A stretch of DNA of 64,000 nt from Styela clava (Eukaryota). The DNA lies in contig NC_135261.1 of NCBI RefSeq assembly GCF_964204865.1, positions 6,448,001 to 6,512,000 on the forward strand, read 5' to 3'. Shown in pieces: positions 12,117 through 26,226 of the stretch; position 1 is the first letter of the stretch; the number at the start of each line of letters is the position of its first letter. Made by a program: the position numbers and the translations under genes. The notes below the pieces were generated by a model that saw only the letters and a list, made by a program, of their open reading frames with translations, was not told the origin of the DNA and made no database searches.

Positions 12117-13347
12117 GTGCGTTTTTTGAAATAAGAGAATTTTCCAATTAATGGCAATAAATGGAATCATTACAGGATTTTGTCAATATTTAAAACCGAA
12201 ACTTAGTGAGCTTTGAGTATTTTTGGAGTTAAACAAAATAGATAACTCAATATTATTCTCCGAGATTGATAGGTCGAATGTTAAATTTCTTTCCCACAAT
12301 TTAATTCGACTGATCAATTGGTTGAATGAATCATTTTTTTATGTTGATCATGTTTCCAAAGTCGCGGCCAGAAGCAGGGACCATTATTGGTGTCGAAAAA
12401 AATACCTTCTTCTTTAATTTTAAGCTTGGATCCGAACTAAGTAAGATAAGTGATATTTCGCCTTGACTCTTGTACTAAACCTTTAATGAACCGGGGCTCA
12501 TCCACACAGGGAACAAAATAGGACTTAAAGAAATAAGGTCGCCGTTACATTTCATCAAATAAATTAACACCATGAGACACAAAGATTACTACGACGCACT
12601 CTTTCAACACCGACGTCACCTTTTATTGTAACCACATGAGATTCTGGTGTCCTACAGTACGTTTTATGATTATCATCCATGTAACGTATCGACCTCTAAC
12701 CCCCAGTTCCACTTTATTATTCAATATTTCATTTTATTCATATTATCACCGAACCATAGGGTACAGTAATGTGGAATTGTTTGTCAAAGAATGAATATCT
12801 TGAAGCTTTTACAATTAATGTTGATAGTACAAAATATTCTCGATACTTTATACAGGTTCACCACCCAATACAATCATCTAACCCAGTTATGCGCATGCGG
12901 CTCTCAACAACCTTTCATGCGGCTCTAATGCTTTAAAAATTAATTACTTTCAAAGAAAATTTTTCATTGGAAACTAATCACTGGCTTTAAATTAAATTGC
13001 GGAAGTCTATTAGTTAGTCGAATGGATTCCCCCGTGTTTATTTGCGTAGCCTTGACTAATATACAAGATGCAATAGGACGCAACAGCAAGCGTTTTCGCG
13101 GCCACGTTGGCTTGCTCTCGTGGATTTTCAGTTTTTGTTGCATTTCCGAATATTATATATAAATCAAATACCTCAGAGATTATTGTAATTGCTAGAGCAT
13201 TTTAATTTTCTTCCAGTAATCGAAAATAGTCCCGAAATATCTGGCGATCATCTCAAGCAGCTACTGCACCTTGCATCCTCCACGATTACGATCAGCTTTG
13301 CCAAACTTATTAGAAATCAAAGCCAAATTAATAAATGGCTGTTAGTC

Positions 13348-15041
13348 TAGGGTGGGCAAAACCGAATCTTTTTTCGAATCGAATAATTTGAATATTTTTA
13401 GCGAATACCGAAGAGTCGAATAATGAATATTTTTTATACATAACAGGGATACAGACGTCGGAGTTCGATACTCCATTTGGAAATTAATAGAAACATTAAA
13501 AAGTCGACAATAAAGCGTTTTTACTGGTTAATGGTTAAATTCATCATAATCGCTGATTCTCTTTGTCACCGAGACCATTTCGGTTGCGATATCCTAAAGT
13601 TGGTATACTACATTCTCGTCCTTTCTCGTTTTTTGCAAGAATAAGGGGTCGCCGGATATCGAAGTTTCATATTTCTAGTATACCCTTGTGTTCACATCAG
13701 CGACAGCTTTTGAATACATTAAGGTCTGATTTCAAAACCAAATTAGTTTTATTCTGAGCTTTATCCTCTGCCTTGGTTTTAATGTTCCTTATCACCGCTT
13801 GTAAATTAACCGTGTCTGTTTAAAATGAACGGTAATCGAGATGCAGATATTTATTAAAATGATAATTGAGTTTCTCATGCTACTCTATAGTGTTCGTGGT
13901 ATTTTACTATTAGATAGATGAACCTAGCAAATTTACGATTGCGTGAATCCTGAATGTTGATTTAAAATAGCGATGGAATAAATTAGCAAAGACTTTTCTA
14001 GGCCTTTGTGTCTAATAGAGGCTCAAACGCTAATTATAGCTAATTCGTTCAAGTTTTAAATTTTTTTTGGCTCAACAAAACAACACCCCGATGGTTATTA
14101 TAGCTAAAATACTTCTGAGAAATGCTCAATTTTCTTTACTGAATTTGCAAATTCAGCACTTTACTCAATGATTTTGATTATGTCATGCCTTAAGCTTAAT
14201 TATTACTGCCCAAATGTTTCAAAATTTAACAATTGTAATCATTTTCGAATATAATAGACGCAACAATTCGTGAACGAGTCAGTGTGCATTGTTACAACGA
14301 AATTCACGATTGATTTTACGTTCTACTCTTGGCTCAACGGCCATGCATGGTCGAGTGAACTGTTTACATATTCGAAACATTACCTGGCCAAGGATGGAAG
14401 GGATCACTAAAGAGCTATTACAAGGTGCTTTAAAGGGAGTAGGACATGACATTTCTTATCTGGTTACAACTTAATGATTGTTTTTCATACAAGTAACTCA
14501 TATCAGATTTTGGAAAACTTTCTGTTATTTTTAAATTCATGCTATTCTTATAACTAGAGTTTTCTTACGACCTAAAATCGCCCTTTTGACAATGAAACGC
14601 CGAAAAGTCATTTTAACAACTTAATCAACAATTTAATCAACTTTAAGTTCGGTAATGCAAGAAATGACTAATGACATGTCACCAAGCATGCGGAGTTTAA
14701 AATCTGGGAAATTTATTTTAAATACCTAATCTGGTTTGACGTTTCTAAATTTACGGAACGGTCGGTACGTTTTTTTGCAAACAATGGAATTGAAACGATA
14801 CGTTAAGTGCAAATATAAGCATATAACACCATAACGGCATAACCCAAAGACAACGACTTTCCAAATTTGTCTATTTTTTCTGATAGCCAGCGCCCTTGGG
14901 AAATTTCGCACTGTTCACGATTTACTTGGACACGCGAGGATTCGGTGTCCAAGCAGAGCGGCGTAGGTCACGTGGTATCGGATATTCGAATAGTAAAATG
15001 CAATTCGAATATTTTATTATTCGAATATTTTGTCCAGCCTA
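13348..15041. mobile_element. TAGGG-ended non-autonomous hAT-like element, lying inside a degraded CAG-ended hAT remnant (~12884-15194)
   Basis: TAGGGTGGGCAAAA...TTTTGTCCAGCCTA with CGAAT/ATTCG subterminal repeats. No clean TSD. Confidence 0.5.
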
Positions 15042-15303
15042 GTTGTTACGTGTGTTGTTGTTACGATGACTTGGTATTTTAAGTACGCGCTTAATGGTTT
15101 GTTGCTATTTTACCTTGCGTTGTTTGTGTGCGGCTCTTCATACCTTTGAGGTTTGAAAAACGGCTCTGGGACTAAAAAAGTTTGAGAACCACTGAATTCT
15201 AACCTGTGGTTGACCGTTCGTTTCAGCACAATGATATCTGAATTCTTTCCATTATTACCATCGTCGTGCGTTTAATTGAATGTATAATATCTATACTCTA
15301 GAT

Positions 15304-15568
15304 CAGGGTTGTGCAAACTGCGGCCCGCGGGCCAAATGCGGCCCGCAAAGAAAAATTGTGCGGACCGTGGGGAAGTGCCAATTTAAATTAACCTAGAATT
15401 AACAGATATCACTACACGCATTTTTTGAGTTTTCTATTTTCTATCAATATTTTGACGAGAATAATTTTGGTAAGTTGGATTTTTCGTAGGTAGAGTTTCT
15501 AGGTGCGGCCTGCGGCTTCACCCAGTTACTTGTATTTGACCTTTCTGTAATAAAGGTTGCACACCCTT
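15304..15568. mobile_element. hAT-Charlie MITE
   Basis: CAGGGTTGTGCAAACT...AGGTTGCACACCCTT with GCGGCCCGCGGGCC subterminal motif; TSD CTCTAGAT/CTCCAGAT. Confidence 0.7.
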
Positions 15569-17382
15569 CTCCAGATTGTTAACTTAGGTTTGTTAAAAAG
15601 ATGACGCACATTCGCCGCTTTGAGATATGTGTATTGAGTATAATAATATTGAAAATTTTATACAATTCACAGGTTCCAAGGATAGGTTTATCATAATTAA
15701 ACCTCGTTATTGGAACTTCATATTTTAATAATACGTCTCTAATAATAATAATAAGTCTCTAATGGAGTTTATTTCATTATATATATATTAGTCTCGCAAT
15801 TCGAACAATTAATCCGGTGCGCACTGGCTCCGTCGATCATTGCATCATTCTTTCATCGGACTCTTCATAAAATGACAACCAAAATTCAACAATCTGTCTG
15901 TTCTCATGTCACAATAAACCTGGTAGAAATATGGAAATATGTAAACTCTCAACATGATTGAAATGTTTACAGATATGAACCATTACGAAAGCGCGAAGAA
16001 ACTCAATGAATTTTAAATAACTGTTTGAATTTCTGGATATTGATAATTTTGATTTTATTGCCTGCTTCCACTTCTAAAAATACTAGAATAATTATATCGC
16101 AACTTCAAATCAACCTCATTACCACATCTCCCTCATGCCACCCTCGGCATTCGTGGTATGAGAATAATAAGCAAAAACGTCTAAATTCAGATGAGAATGC
16201 CCATGGGATTACTGTGCAAGATATACGCGATTTTCAGATAACCTCAACGCTAGCAATTCGTCACTCAATTATACATATTTGCACCGCCTAGTTATTTTGC
16301 TTTTTTAATGGGGATAAATTTGTGTTCAATAGTGGTTCATTTCACGTGAGCTACCTCTACGCCCATTTTGTTAGTTAGTAAATAGGTTGCCAAGTACTTG
16401 TAAGACAATTCCATGATAATGAAGGTCGGGAAAGAGCAAAGTCTAACTCAAAATGAAACCTAAATGTTACTCTAAAAATAATATTATCATGGAAACAATT
16501 GCTGTATTCTGTACACAGGACCTTACAAAGATTAATTTAAACAACCCAACATGTAACTGCTTGAAGTTAATGATATAAATATGCAATGATGATGCGCGAA
16601 TGTTAGAAATGCTAGAATGCTAGACGAGTAACACTCCAAAAGCTCAAGAAATATTTTTATTATCAAATTCAGTTCTGTTGCCCAATCTTTCTGGCTTTGT
16701 AAGTCGACATTACCCTTACGAGATTATCAATGTCTTGTTATAAGTGTTCCACGTGTATTACTTTCTGCTCGACATTACTGATAAACATAAATATCTTAAA
16801 TAATAAAGAATATATATAATTCTTTGTTTCGTTGTTGCTAGGATAAAGTAATATGGCTATTATTTAATATTTGTGTTTACGGACAAATATGTTTCACCTT
16901 CTATGTGGGCGGGCAATTACTTTTCTGAGTGGGCCAGTTACATATAATAGACTTGGTTAATGGGGCAGAGACTCAAAACTTAAAATGAAAAGAGACCAAA
17001 AACTATGGATAGATTACAGTTCATTTAATGAAAACTATAGTCGTAATTTCAGAAGACATGAGTGGGCCGGATGAAACACTTTGGTGGGCCGTAATTTGCC
17101 CACCTTTGTAATCTATATTTTAAGTTAAAATGATCAGGTTTTCCAATTTAGACAATTCATTTATTTAACCGTATTTAAATATTTGACTGTTCAAACGGGA
17201 GTATTTGGAACAAGAATAACTAATGCTTAAAACTAGGAAAATTTTTATGAATAAAATTTTGAACAGGTTAAATTCTGGAACATGCATTTAAAAAAAATTA
17301 AAAAATAATTAGGCCCGTATGGATATTGAGGGCTTGAAAAAGTTTCTGATTATTGTTGCAATTCTTTGAAAGAAAGAAGTAA

Positions 17383-19563
17383 TTACTTTTCACAAAGGGA
17401 GAATCTTTTTATGTAACAAAAGGTATCAATCAACTTATATTGGAAAGGCTTGTACATGCAAGCACATCGTTCATCTTGGCGATTTGGTTCTCCTTCATTC
17501 CATGGTGTATTAGAGGAAGTTGATGAAACTCCGTCCGACCATTTCCAGTTGTCTTGTTTCCCAAGGTCGTCGAGTCCTATCCAAATTGAAGTTTCTGTTC
17601 TTCTGATAAACTTGTCGGGAAGATCGCTGAAAATGATACTATTTTAAACACAGTGAAGTTTAATTTAGACAACAATGTTAAATAATTTGACAATTACAAA
17701 TAAAGAAGTTCGAATCATTATTGTTTAAGGCGTTGGATTTCCAAGATTCTTTGTTTGGTGCTCCCGAAGTATGTGAACCAAGATGGCGGACACCGGAACG
17801 TAGTACGTGTACCAAGTTAGGGTTAGGTCATAATTTCAGGTACAAATACTACGGGAGTCACTTGGCTAGTCCCCGAACTCGTAATAGAATTCAAAAAGGG
17901 AAAATTGGAATAAAATGATGGCCTAACCGTAAACTGGTACACATACTTCGGGAGTACTTCTTATTTCCCTAAATGCGAAAAATGGAAGAAAAACATTTAT
18001 TTGCTTCACTTGCTTAATTGCTAGCATTGATTGCTTATTTTGGGGGGATAGCATTGATGTTTAAATATTCGTTGAACCAAATGACTAAATGACAATACTA
18101 TTATCATTGTAATATACAATGTTAAACTACCTGCGAATAATTGGGTTGCGTATACCGTTTGCTGCTAATCGGCCTCCCATGATTTCGCAGTTTTTTCTGG
18201 CTGTTTTATAGTCTGACGGTACTTCGACAAATTTGTACCAATATGTGTAACTGTGAACACGATACCAACCATCTGCTACGGGTTGTAATTCTCGAGCTAA
18301 AAATAAAACAAAAACAAATATAGAACCATATAAAAAACCTTTATAATTGCTTAAAATAGGGATTTATATAAAAAAGTCAATGCTGACGTTAACATCAAAA
18401 GAGCGATTTGCAAATCCTCAGTTTTTGGCCATTTTCAACACATGCGACACAATCAATTAACTTTAGGTTTTCAAATAAAACAATGCAATAAAGTATAATA
18501 AAGGTTATGAATTTGAGATAGTTACCTTTTTCTTCTTTGAGTATTTGAACTTTGTGTGCCAACTCATCATATCGTGAACAATTACACGATGTTCCACTTT
18601 CTCCTTTAGCTCCCTGACGTCCCGTGGCGCCATTTTGTCCTGGTGATCCGATATCACCTTTTGCACCCTCAGGGCCTTTCTTGCCTGGACGACATGTTGT
18701 TTGACATTGAGAATCATTTGGAGCTAAAAAATAATAGTTTATAAAGATTCTTACACGTTAATGTTGCATTTAGCAGAGTTGTAAATGTATTTCTAATTTA
18801 TCACTTGCATTGATCTTCTTGTATTCGTGAAATTATCATTTCCAATTAATTATTTATTTCAAATCTGTAATTTTTTGAAAATAATCAAATATTTTACCAT
18901 TTATTGCTGTTTCGCGAGCTTTTTTCATGATTAAAGATGCCATGTCCCAGGTGTCTAAAACTGAAAATATATACTCTCTTAAAACTCAACAATATGAAAA
19001 ATCTGACAATAAAAAATGTAAAAACGAAATTAACATTAAATATAAAACCAATATTTTAGACTCATGTTTCCCGATTAAGCATTGGTACAATCTCGAAATT
19101 TAATCAAAAATCTTTCTTTATTTACTCATTCACTAAATTACTGATTGAAATTAGAACCATCGACTTATCAACAAGACTTTAATCTATGCTGATATTATAT
19201 AATTTCGTCTATATATTTAATAAAAATAGAAAAGTAAAACAAAGTAATAGAAATAGTAAAAGAATATACGAACAGATATATTTTCTCAAACTCACATGAC
19301 GTTGGCGAGCAGCTCTTTACTTTCTCTCTCTCAATTTCTCTCAGTTTCTGTTCCAGCATTTGGATTCTGATGTCGTATTGATCGATTTTTGTTGAAGTTA
19401 CATTTTCAATTTTACTAGATAGGCTCACGTTGTTATCAGAATTTCCCGAGCCAGGTTTGATCTCTGGACTCATTGTGGCAAAGCTAATATTGCTTCGATG
19501 TTCTTGAGCGCAACATTCAATTACGCATAGAAACGTAAGAATGAAGGATGCTAACAAACTCAT
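17383..19563 (-). CDS. Collectin-like protein c3 (EPN motif)
   Basis: Exons 19563-19296, 18960-18898, 18723-18526, 18296-18131 and 17626-17383 splice in frame. Ends GEPNRQDERCACMYKPFQYKLIDTFCYIKRFSLCEK. Confidence 0.9.
17757..17957. mobile_element. Merlin-like MITE in c3 intron 4 (family also at ~22619-22833, ~47717-48370, ~51063-51280, ~60482-60700, ~61500-61697)
   Basis: TIR GGTGCTCCCGAAGTATGTG...CACATACTTCGGGAGTAC; internal GTTAGGGTTAGG; several dispersed copies in the window. Confidence 0.6.
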
Positions 19564-22094
19564 TTTGTAGTGAGAACCAGCCCAAGAGTATCGATTTACA
19601 ATATTGAAGGTATAACTTAGGTACCAACGCTGTATATATAGTGCTTCATTTTTTTTGGCAACCATTGCTTTTTTTGTCAATTGCCGGGCAGCGCAATAAC
19701 CTCGCGGTTAAAGTCTTAAGATGCAAATGGCATCGCAGATTACACAAATCCCATGCGCCTTGCCCCACTCAGAGAGTAATAAATTGAGTAGGCAGTGCTG
19801 AAACCAAAAGGTTCAGGTCATTCCAAATAAATAATAGCTTCTCAAATATCATTAGAAGTTAGTGGTTGCTTATACATGGATAGGTTAATTCGGGTCAAGA
19901 GTCGGTGTCCTGTTTCAACATTAAGCGTCGCACTAAAATAATCCAGCTTTCTTGGTTTCTATTTCCGCAAAATGATCGGGAATTGTTAGAGTACTTTTTT
20001 ATTTATTTCAACCGTATTACCCCATGACACACTCACCCATATGTAATCGATGAGCCCATAGCCCATTACGTAAACAATACATTTTTAATTGTTTTCATTT
20101 ATATTTTCAAGCGTGTTATTTAAATGTATATATAAACAATCAATGCGTAATCAAGAAGTAACCATGATTGAGAGAGTTTTTAAAAACATTTGGGTCAACT
20201 TTTTGTGAAATTCTGCTTAGAATAAGCAGATACTTAATTGAAATCCATGTTTGATACGAGGAATAATTGAGGTAAATGACTAATATTTTTTTTTTGAACC
20301 CCGCCAACCTTACGTTTGAATTGAATCATATAATTCAATCGGGGTTAGGAATCGGTGACATCCACAACGTTGCATTTGTCACATATTCTCATATAAGGTC
20401 GAGGAGGTAACGCAAAGTATCAAATCTCAATATCATAATGAAAAAAAGAATCGACATGAATATCAGTGTTTTAAACCATATAGTCAACCATAGGTCAGTC
20501 GTTTGTATTCGATGGTGAAACGAGTGGCAAAAGTATTTTGTACCATCAACATTATTTGTAAAGGGTTATGGGTCGTTTTAGACAATCGTTCATCTCATCA
20601 TCCTATAGTCTTGTGTGAACATGAATGTAATGAAACAGTGAATAATACAGTGAATCTGCAGGTGGGAGCGTTAATAATGTACTGATTGTAGAAGATTGAA
20701 TATGCCAAAGCTTTTGAAATTAATGTTAACAGTACAAAATAATCTTGACACAGGTTTCAACATCAAATACAATCGATTGACCTGTGGTTGACCAATTAGT
20801 TTAGTACAATGATCTTCGTGTCGATTCTTTTCATTATAATATCGGAGCTTTATACTTTGTGTCACCTCGTCAACCTTCTATGAGAATATGTGACAAATGC
20901 AATGTTGAGGATGTCCCCGATTTAACACCCCGATTGAATTATTTGACTCAATTCAAACGTAAGGTTGACGGGTTCAAAAATAATTATTTGTCTTTCACCT
21001 CAATTATTTCTCGCATCAAACAGGAATGTGAAGTAAGTATCTGCTTATTCCACGTGGAATTCCACTCGAACCTTACTAAAATATATCAACTACGGTTAGG
21101 GTTACTTCTTGATTATGCATTAATTGTTTTTATATACATTTGACACCCTTAAATATAGAGAAAAATATTAAAAAAATATTTTGTTTGTGTAATGGGCTCT
21201 TGGCTATCACATATGTTTTGTGTGGGTGTGATAACGTTAAAAAAGTACTCCCACCGATTTTTAATCTATCTGGAGAAAATTAAAAGACGAGGAAGCTGGA
21301 ATTTTTTAATGCGACGCTCAAAGTTGTTTTAAGCATGTCACAGACTCTTGAACCTCATAAAACAATCAGAGGAAATCACCCTAATTAGAGGAATGAAATC
21401 GAATGTATAACGACGTGGTATGAAAATATTTTTTAATTAGTCCAAATATTTTCTGTATCAAACAGGAATATAAAATAAGTATCGACTTATTATAGGGGAA
21501 AATGTGAAACTGGAACAGATATGTGGCATCGTGTGAAATTTTATAAATGCAAAAACAGGCTCAAATAACGGCTACTGAAAATGACGCAAGAGAAGATAGT
21601 TACAAATGTATGATTTCACAATTAACTAACGTTGCAAAAATATACAAATATTAAACACTCTCACGATTCTGGATCATTCTCTGTTAAAATAAAAAAAAAT
21701 AAAAAAAATGTGAACTTTCCTCAAGTACGACGCTTACTTGCGCCTTTCACTCAATACAAGGCCATGTAAAAGCGACCACTGACATTTAATGATATTTGAG
21801 TAGCTACTATTTATTTGGAATGACCTGAACCTTTTGGTTTCGGCACTGCCTACCCAATTTATTACCCCCTGAGTGGGGCAGGGCGCATGGGATTTGTGTA
21901 ATCTGCGACGCCATTTGATCTTAAGACTTTAACCGCGAGGTTATTGCGCCGCCCGGAATTGACAGAAAACGTCACACTTACAAAAAAGGCACTCGTTGCC
22001 AAAAAAAAATGGAGAACTATATAAAAAGCGTAGGTACCTTAGTTATACCTTCATTATTGTAAATCAATACTCTTGTGCTGGTTCTCACTACAAA
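19564..22094. promoter_or_regulatory. Divergent palindromic intergenic region c3/c4 (mirror axis of the locus)
   Basis: Colinear with 6582-9453, with the same spacer at ~20590-20676 and a ~360-bp deletion in the c3 arm at ~19879. Confidence 0.7.
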
Positions 22095-24943
22095 ATGAGT
22101 TTGTTAGCATTCTTCATTCTTACGTTTCTATGCGTAGTTGAATGTTGCGCTCAAGAACATCGAAGCAATATTAGCTTTGTCACAATGAGTCCAGAGATCG
22201 AACCTGGTTCGGGAAATTCTGATAACAATGTAAGCATATCTAGTGAAATTGAAAATGTAACTGCAACACAAATCGATCAACACGATATCAGAATCAAAGC
22301 TTTGGAACAGAAACTGGAAGAAATTGAGAGAGAGAAAGTAAAAAATTGCTCGCCAACGTCATGTGAGTTTAAGAAAATATATCTGTTCGTAGATTCATTT
22401 ACTATTTCTATTATTTTTGTTTCCCCCCTTTCGATGTTCATCAAATTGCAGAATAGATTCAAGACTTATTCATAAGTCAATTGTGTTCTAATCCCAATCA
22501 GTAAATTCGAGCAGGGATTTTTGATTTAATTTATACATTGCACAATTGCTTAATCGGGAAACCTGAGTCTAAAATATTGGTTTTGTATTTAATGCGATAT
22601 TTTGTTATTACAAATTTTGGTGATTCAGAAGTATGTGTACCAATATGGATGTAACTAATTTTGTTCGCCTAGTTTACATCAAGTTGTGTAAAGGAACGGA
22701 AGCCTTCGGGCAAGGGGGCATATTCACTTGGCTTACACAGACAGTCCCCGAATTCTTAAGATAACTAAAGTAGGGAAAATCGGAAAAAAATTATGGCCCA
22801 ATTCTAACCTGGTACACATACTACGAGAGTACCAAATTTTTAACATAAGAGTGATTTTCAGAATATTGAGTTTTGAAAGAGTATATATTTTTAGTTTCAG
22901 ACACCTGGGACATGGCATCTTTAATCATGGAAAAGGCTCGAGAAACGGTATCAAATGGTGAAATTGAATTTTTAAATAATTACCGTTTTGTAATAAATAC
23001 CTAAATAATTTCACAAACACCAAAAAGTCCATGTAAACAGCATATTAAAAATACAAATACAACTCTGCTAAATCCGACCCTGACGTGTGAGAATTAGGAA
23101 TTTTGTAAACTAAAATAATTATTCTTTAGTTCCAAATGATTCTCAATGTCAAACTGCATGTCGACCAGGCAAGAAAGGCCCAGAAGGTGCAAAAGGTGAT
23201 ATCGGATCACCAGAACAAAATGGCGCCACGGGACGTCATGGAGCTAAAGGAGAAAGCGGAACGCCATGTAATTGCTCACGATATGATGAGTTGGCACACA
23301 AAGTTCAAATCCTCGAAGAAGAAAAAGGTTACTATTGCAAATTCATACCCTTATTATACCTTTTCACATTTTTTTCTTTTATTTGAAAACCTAACGTTAA
23401 TTGATTGTGTCGCAAGTGTTGCATATATGGCTAAAAATGTAGATATGCGAATATCTTATGGATTTAAACTTCGATATGGAGCATTGACTTTTTATATAAA
23501 TAAATGCATATTTCAGAAAATTATAAAGCTCATTTTAATAGGTCTATATTTGTTTTTATTTCAATTTTAGCTCGAGAATTACAATCAGTAGCAGATGGTT
23601 GGTATCGTGTCCCCAATTACCCATATTGGTACAAATTGGTCAAAGTACCGTCAGACTATCGAACAGCCAGAAAAAACTGCGAACTCATGGGTGGCCGATT
23701 AGCAGCAAAGGGTATTCGCAACCCAACTATTCGCAGGTAATTAAACATTGTACATTATATTCGATCCTAGGAAAATTCGCCGCATTTTGCCGTGGAAAAT
23801 CTTGCTGAATAGAAAATCGTCGCAAGAGCATTTTGCTGTAAAACAATCATTTTTGATAAAAACAGTTGGGTTTTTGAAATAGGTTTTTATTTGAAAAAGA
23901 TTCATTATTCAAGAGCATACCCTAACCTATGAACCTAACTGTTTTTATCACAAATTGGAAAAAGGCGGAAGATGAACCGCGGAAGATGAACCCAAAGGCG
24001 GAAGTTCATGTCTAGTCACGTGATAAACTCGCGCAAAATTATGAATTTGTCCCTTGTCAGCATATACTACTTTTCGCATTATACGTCATTTTCATGCAAT
24101 ATGACGTTGAAATCTGTATTATGGCGTCAGTTATGACCGGGTTACCGTTATAGTCGTCATATTTTTACACAATAAAAGAGGAGTATCAAGTTTGATCGGC
24201 TTTCTTCTCCCCGTGAAAAGATAACAAAATCTAAAATTTTACCGCACCTCGTTGACAGTATTGCTCAATGAATTGGAAAAAGGCTATATGCGTATTCCGA
24301 CTGATTCAACCTTCTATTGATGAAAAATTCAAATTGATTGATCTAGAAGTTGCGTGAAATCGATTAGATGGTTGTGAAAATACAACATATAAAACTGAAT
24401 ATTGGATTTTAATATTCTTCAAGTTATTATTCAAAAATAAACATTGAACTGCTCAAGTCTTTCGTTTCGCATTTTGAATAATAAATGTATATGAATCCAC
24501 CGACGCAAAAGCATTGAAAACGGAAAAGTAGTTGATCTTGTAGAAACCCAATCGATAGCACGAAAAAAGGAATGTTGGGAATTCAATGTCTTAGAGAAAA
24601 TAATACGTAGAACTTTATTATTTGTAATTTTCAAATTATTTAACATTGTTGGACCAAATCAAACTCCTCTGTTTAAAATATAATTAATATCATTTTCAGC
24701 GATCTTCTCGACACGTTGATTAGAAGAACAGGAACTTCGATCTGGATAGGACTCGATGACCTTGAGGAACAAGACAACTGGAAATGGTCGGACGGAGTTT
24801 CATCAACTTCTTCTAATACACCATGGTATGAAGGAGAACCAAATGGTCCAAATGAACGATGTGCTTGTATGTACATGCCTTTTCAATATAAGTTGATAGA
24901 TACCCTTGGTTTTCTAAGTCGATTCTACCTTTGCGAAAAGTAA
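22095..24943 (+). CDS. Collectin-like protein c4 (EPN motif; Gly->Glu in collagen; CRD Cys->Gly)
   Basis: Exons 22095-22362, 22895-22957, 23130-23327, 23571-23736 and 24700-24943 splice in frame. Ends GEPNGPNERCACMYMPFQYKLIDTLGFLSRFYLCEK. Confidence 0.88.
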
Positions 24944-26226
24944 TCTCTTTTTTTTCTTCATTTTTAAATGATTGCAACAATAATCAGAAAATTTTATTCT
25001 GTAGTCTATCCGCAACTCAGGCTAAAGGCCAAGCCCTCAAAAATCATATAGGCCTAATTATTTTTCAATTTCTTTTAAAATCATGTTCCAGAATTTAACC
25101 GGTTCAAATGTTTCTTCATAAAATTTTTCTAATTATATTCCTCCGTTATCCTTGTTCCGACCATTCCTGTTTGAAAGGATAAATATACATATATATATAT
25201 ATAAAAATTTGAAAAACTGTATGATTTTAACCCTAAAAATGAAAGGTGAAACACTTTTTTGAATTAATTTATCTATTTTACCCCAATAATGCTTGTAAAG
25301 GACACATATTAAATAATAGACATATTACTATATCCGAGCAACAGTGAATCTAAGAATTATATATACTCTTTATTATTTAAAGAAGGCTTTCATTGTATAC
25401 CTGTTTTTTTTAAATGGAATGTTATTTATATTTATCAGTAATCTTATGCAGTGATAAATGTGAAGAACGAAACTTCTACACCAGGACAATGATAGTCAAG
25501 TATAGTCGTGTGAATAGTTTCGACTTTCAAAGCCAGACAGATTGGGCAACAGAACTGAACTAGCTAATAAAATGTTTCTCAAATAATTCGAGTGTAAACA
25601 TCTCAATACCGAATTTCGTTAATTAGAATCATGTTTAACATTCGTGCATCATCATTGCATATATACAATCATATCATTGACGCCAAGCAGTGACATATTA
25701 AATGGTTTAAACTAATGTTTGAAAGATGTTGTGCGGATTACAGCATTTATTTCCATACTAATAATATTTTTGGAGTAACATTTGGGTTTCATCTGAGGCT
25801 TTGCTCTTTCCCGACCTTTATTACCATGGAATTGTCTTACGAGTATTTGGCAACCTATTTACTAACTTACAAAAAAGCGTGGAGGTAGCTCACGTGAGAT
25901 GAACGATAGTGCGGCTTTTAAGGCGCCTAATGTGTGGGCCAAGTAACCTCATGCTTTATTGCTTACACTCAAAACCAGTATCGGTTTTGCTATTATTAAA
26001 GACCTTTGCGCCTTATAGACCGATAAGCCTTATGTATGAAAAAAGATCAATCAAAGCCATTAATTGACAGTGCGCCTCGTATTACAGTTCGTCTTATGGT
26101 CCGTGCTGTAATACGGTACCATAATCCTATTCTCATTGTATCACGATTGTCGAAAACGACGGTATAAGGAAAAGATGGTTTTTAAGTTGATTACAGTGTG
26201 TATTGAAGTGTATGATTACACTAGTG

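Noticed and set aside
17816-17828. GTTAGGGTTAGG as interstitial telomere
   Set aside because: Only two units, and it is an internal motif of a dispersed MITE family.
18505-18717. Repeated ORFs MILNVKQHV.. (also 10562, 23136, 37467, 45733, 50607, 60262)
   Set aside because: Alternative frame of the collagen exon; the Gly-X-Y frame is the one consistent with splice phases.
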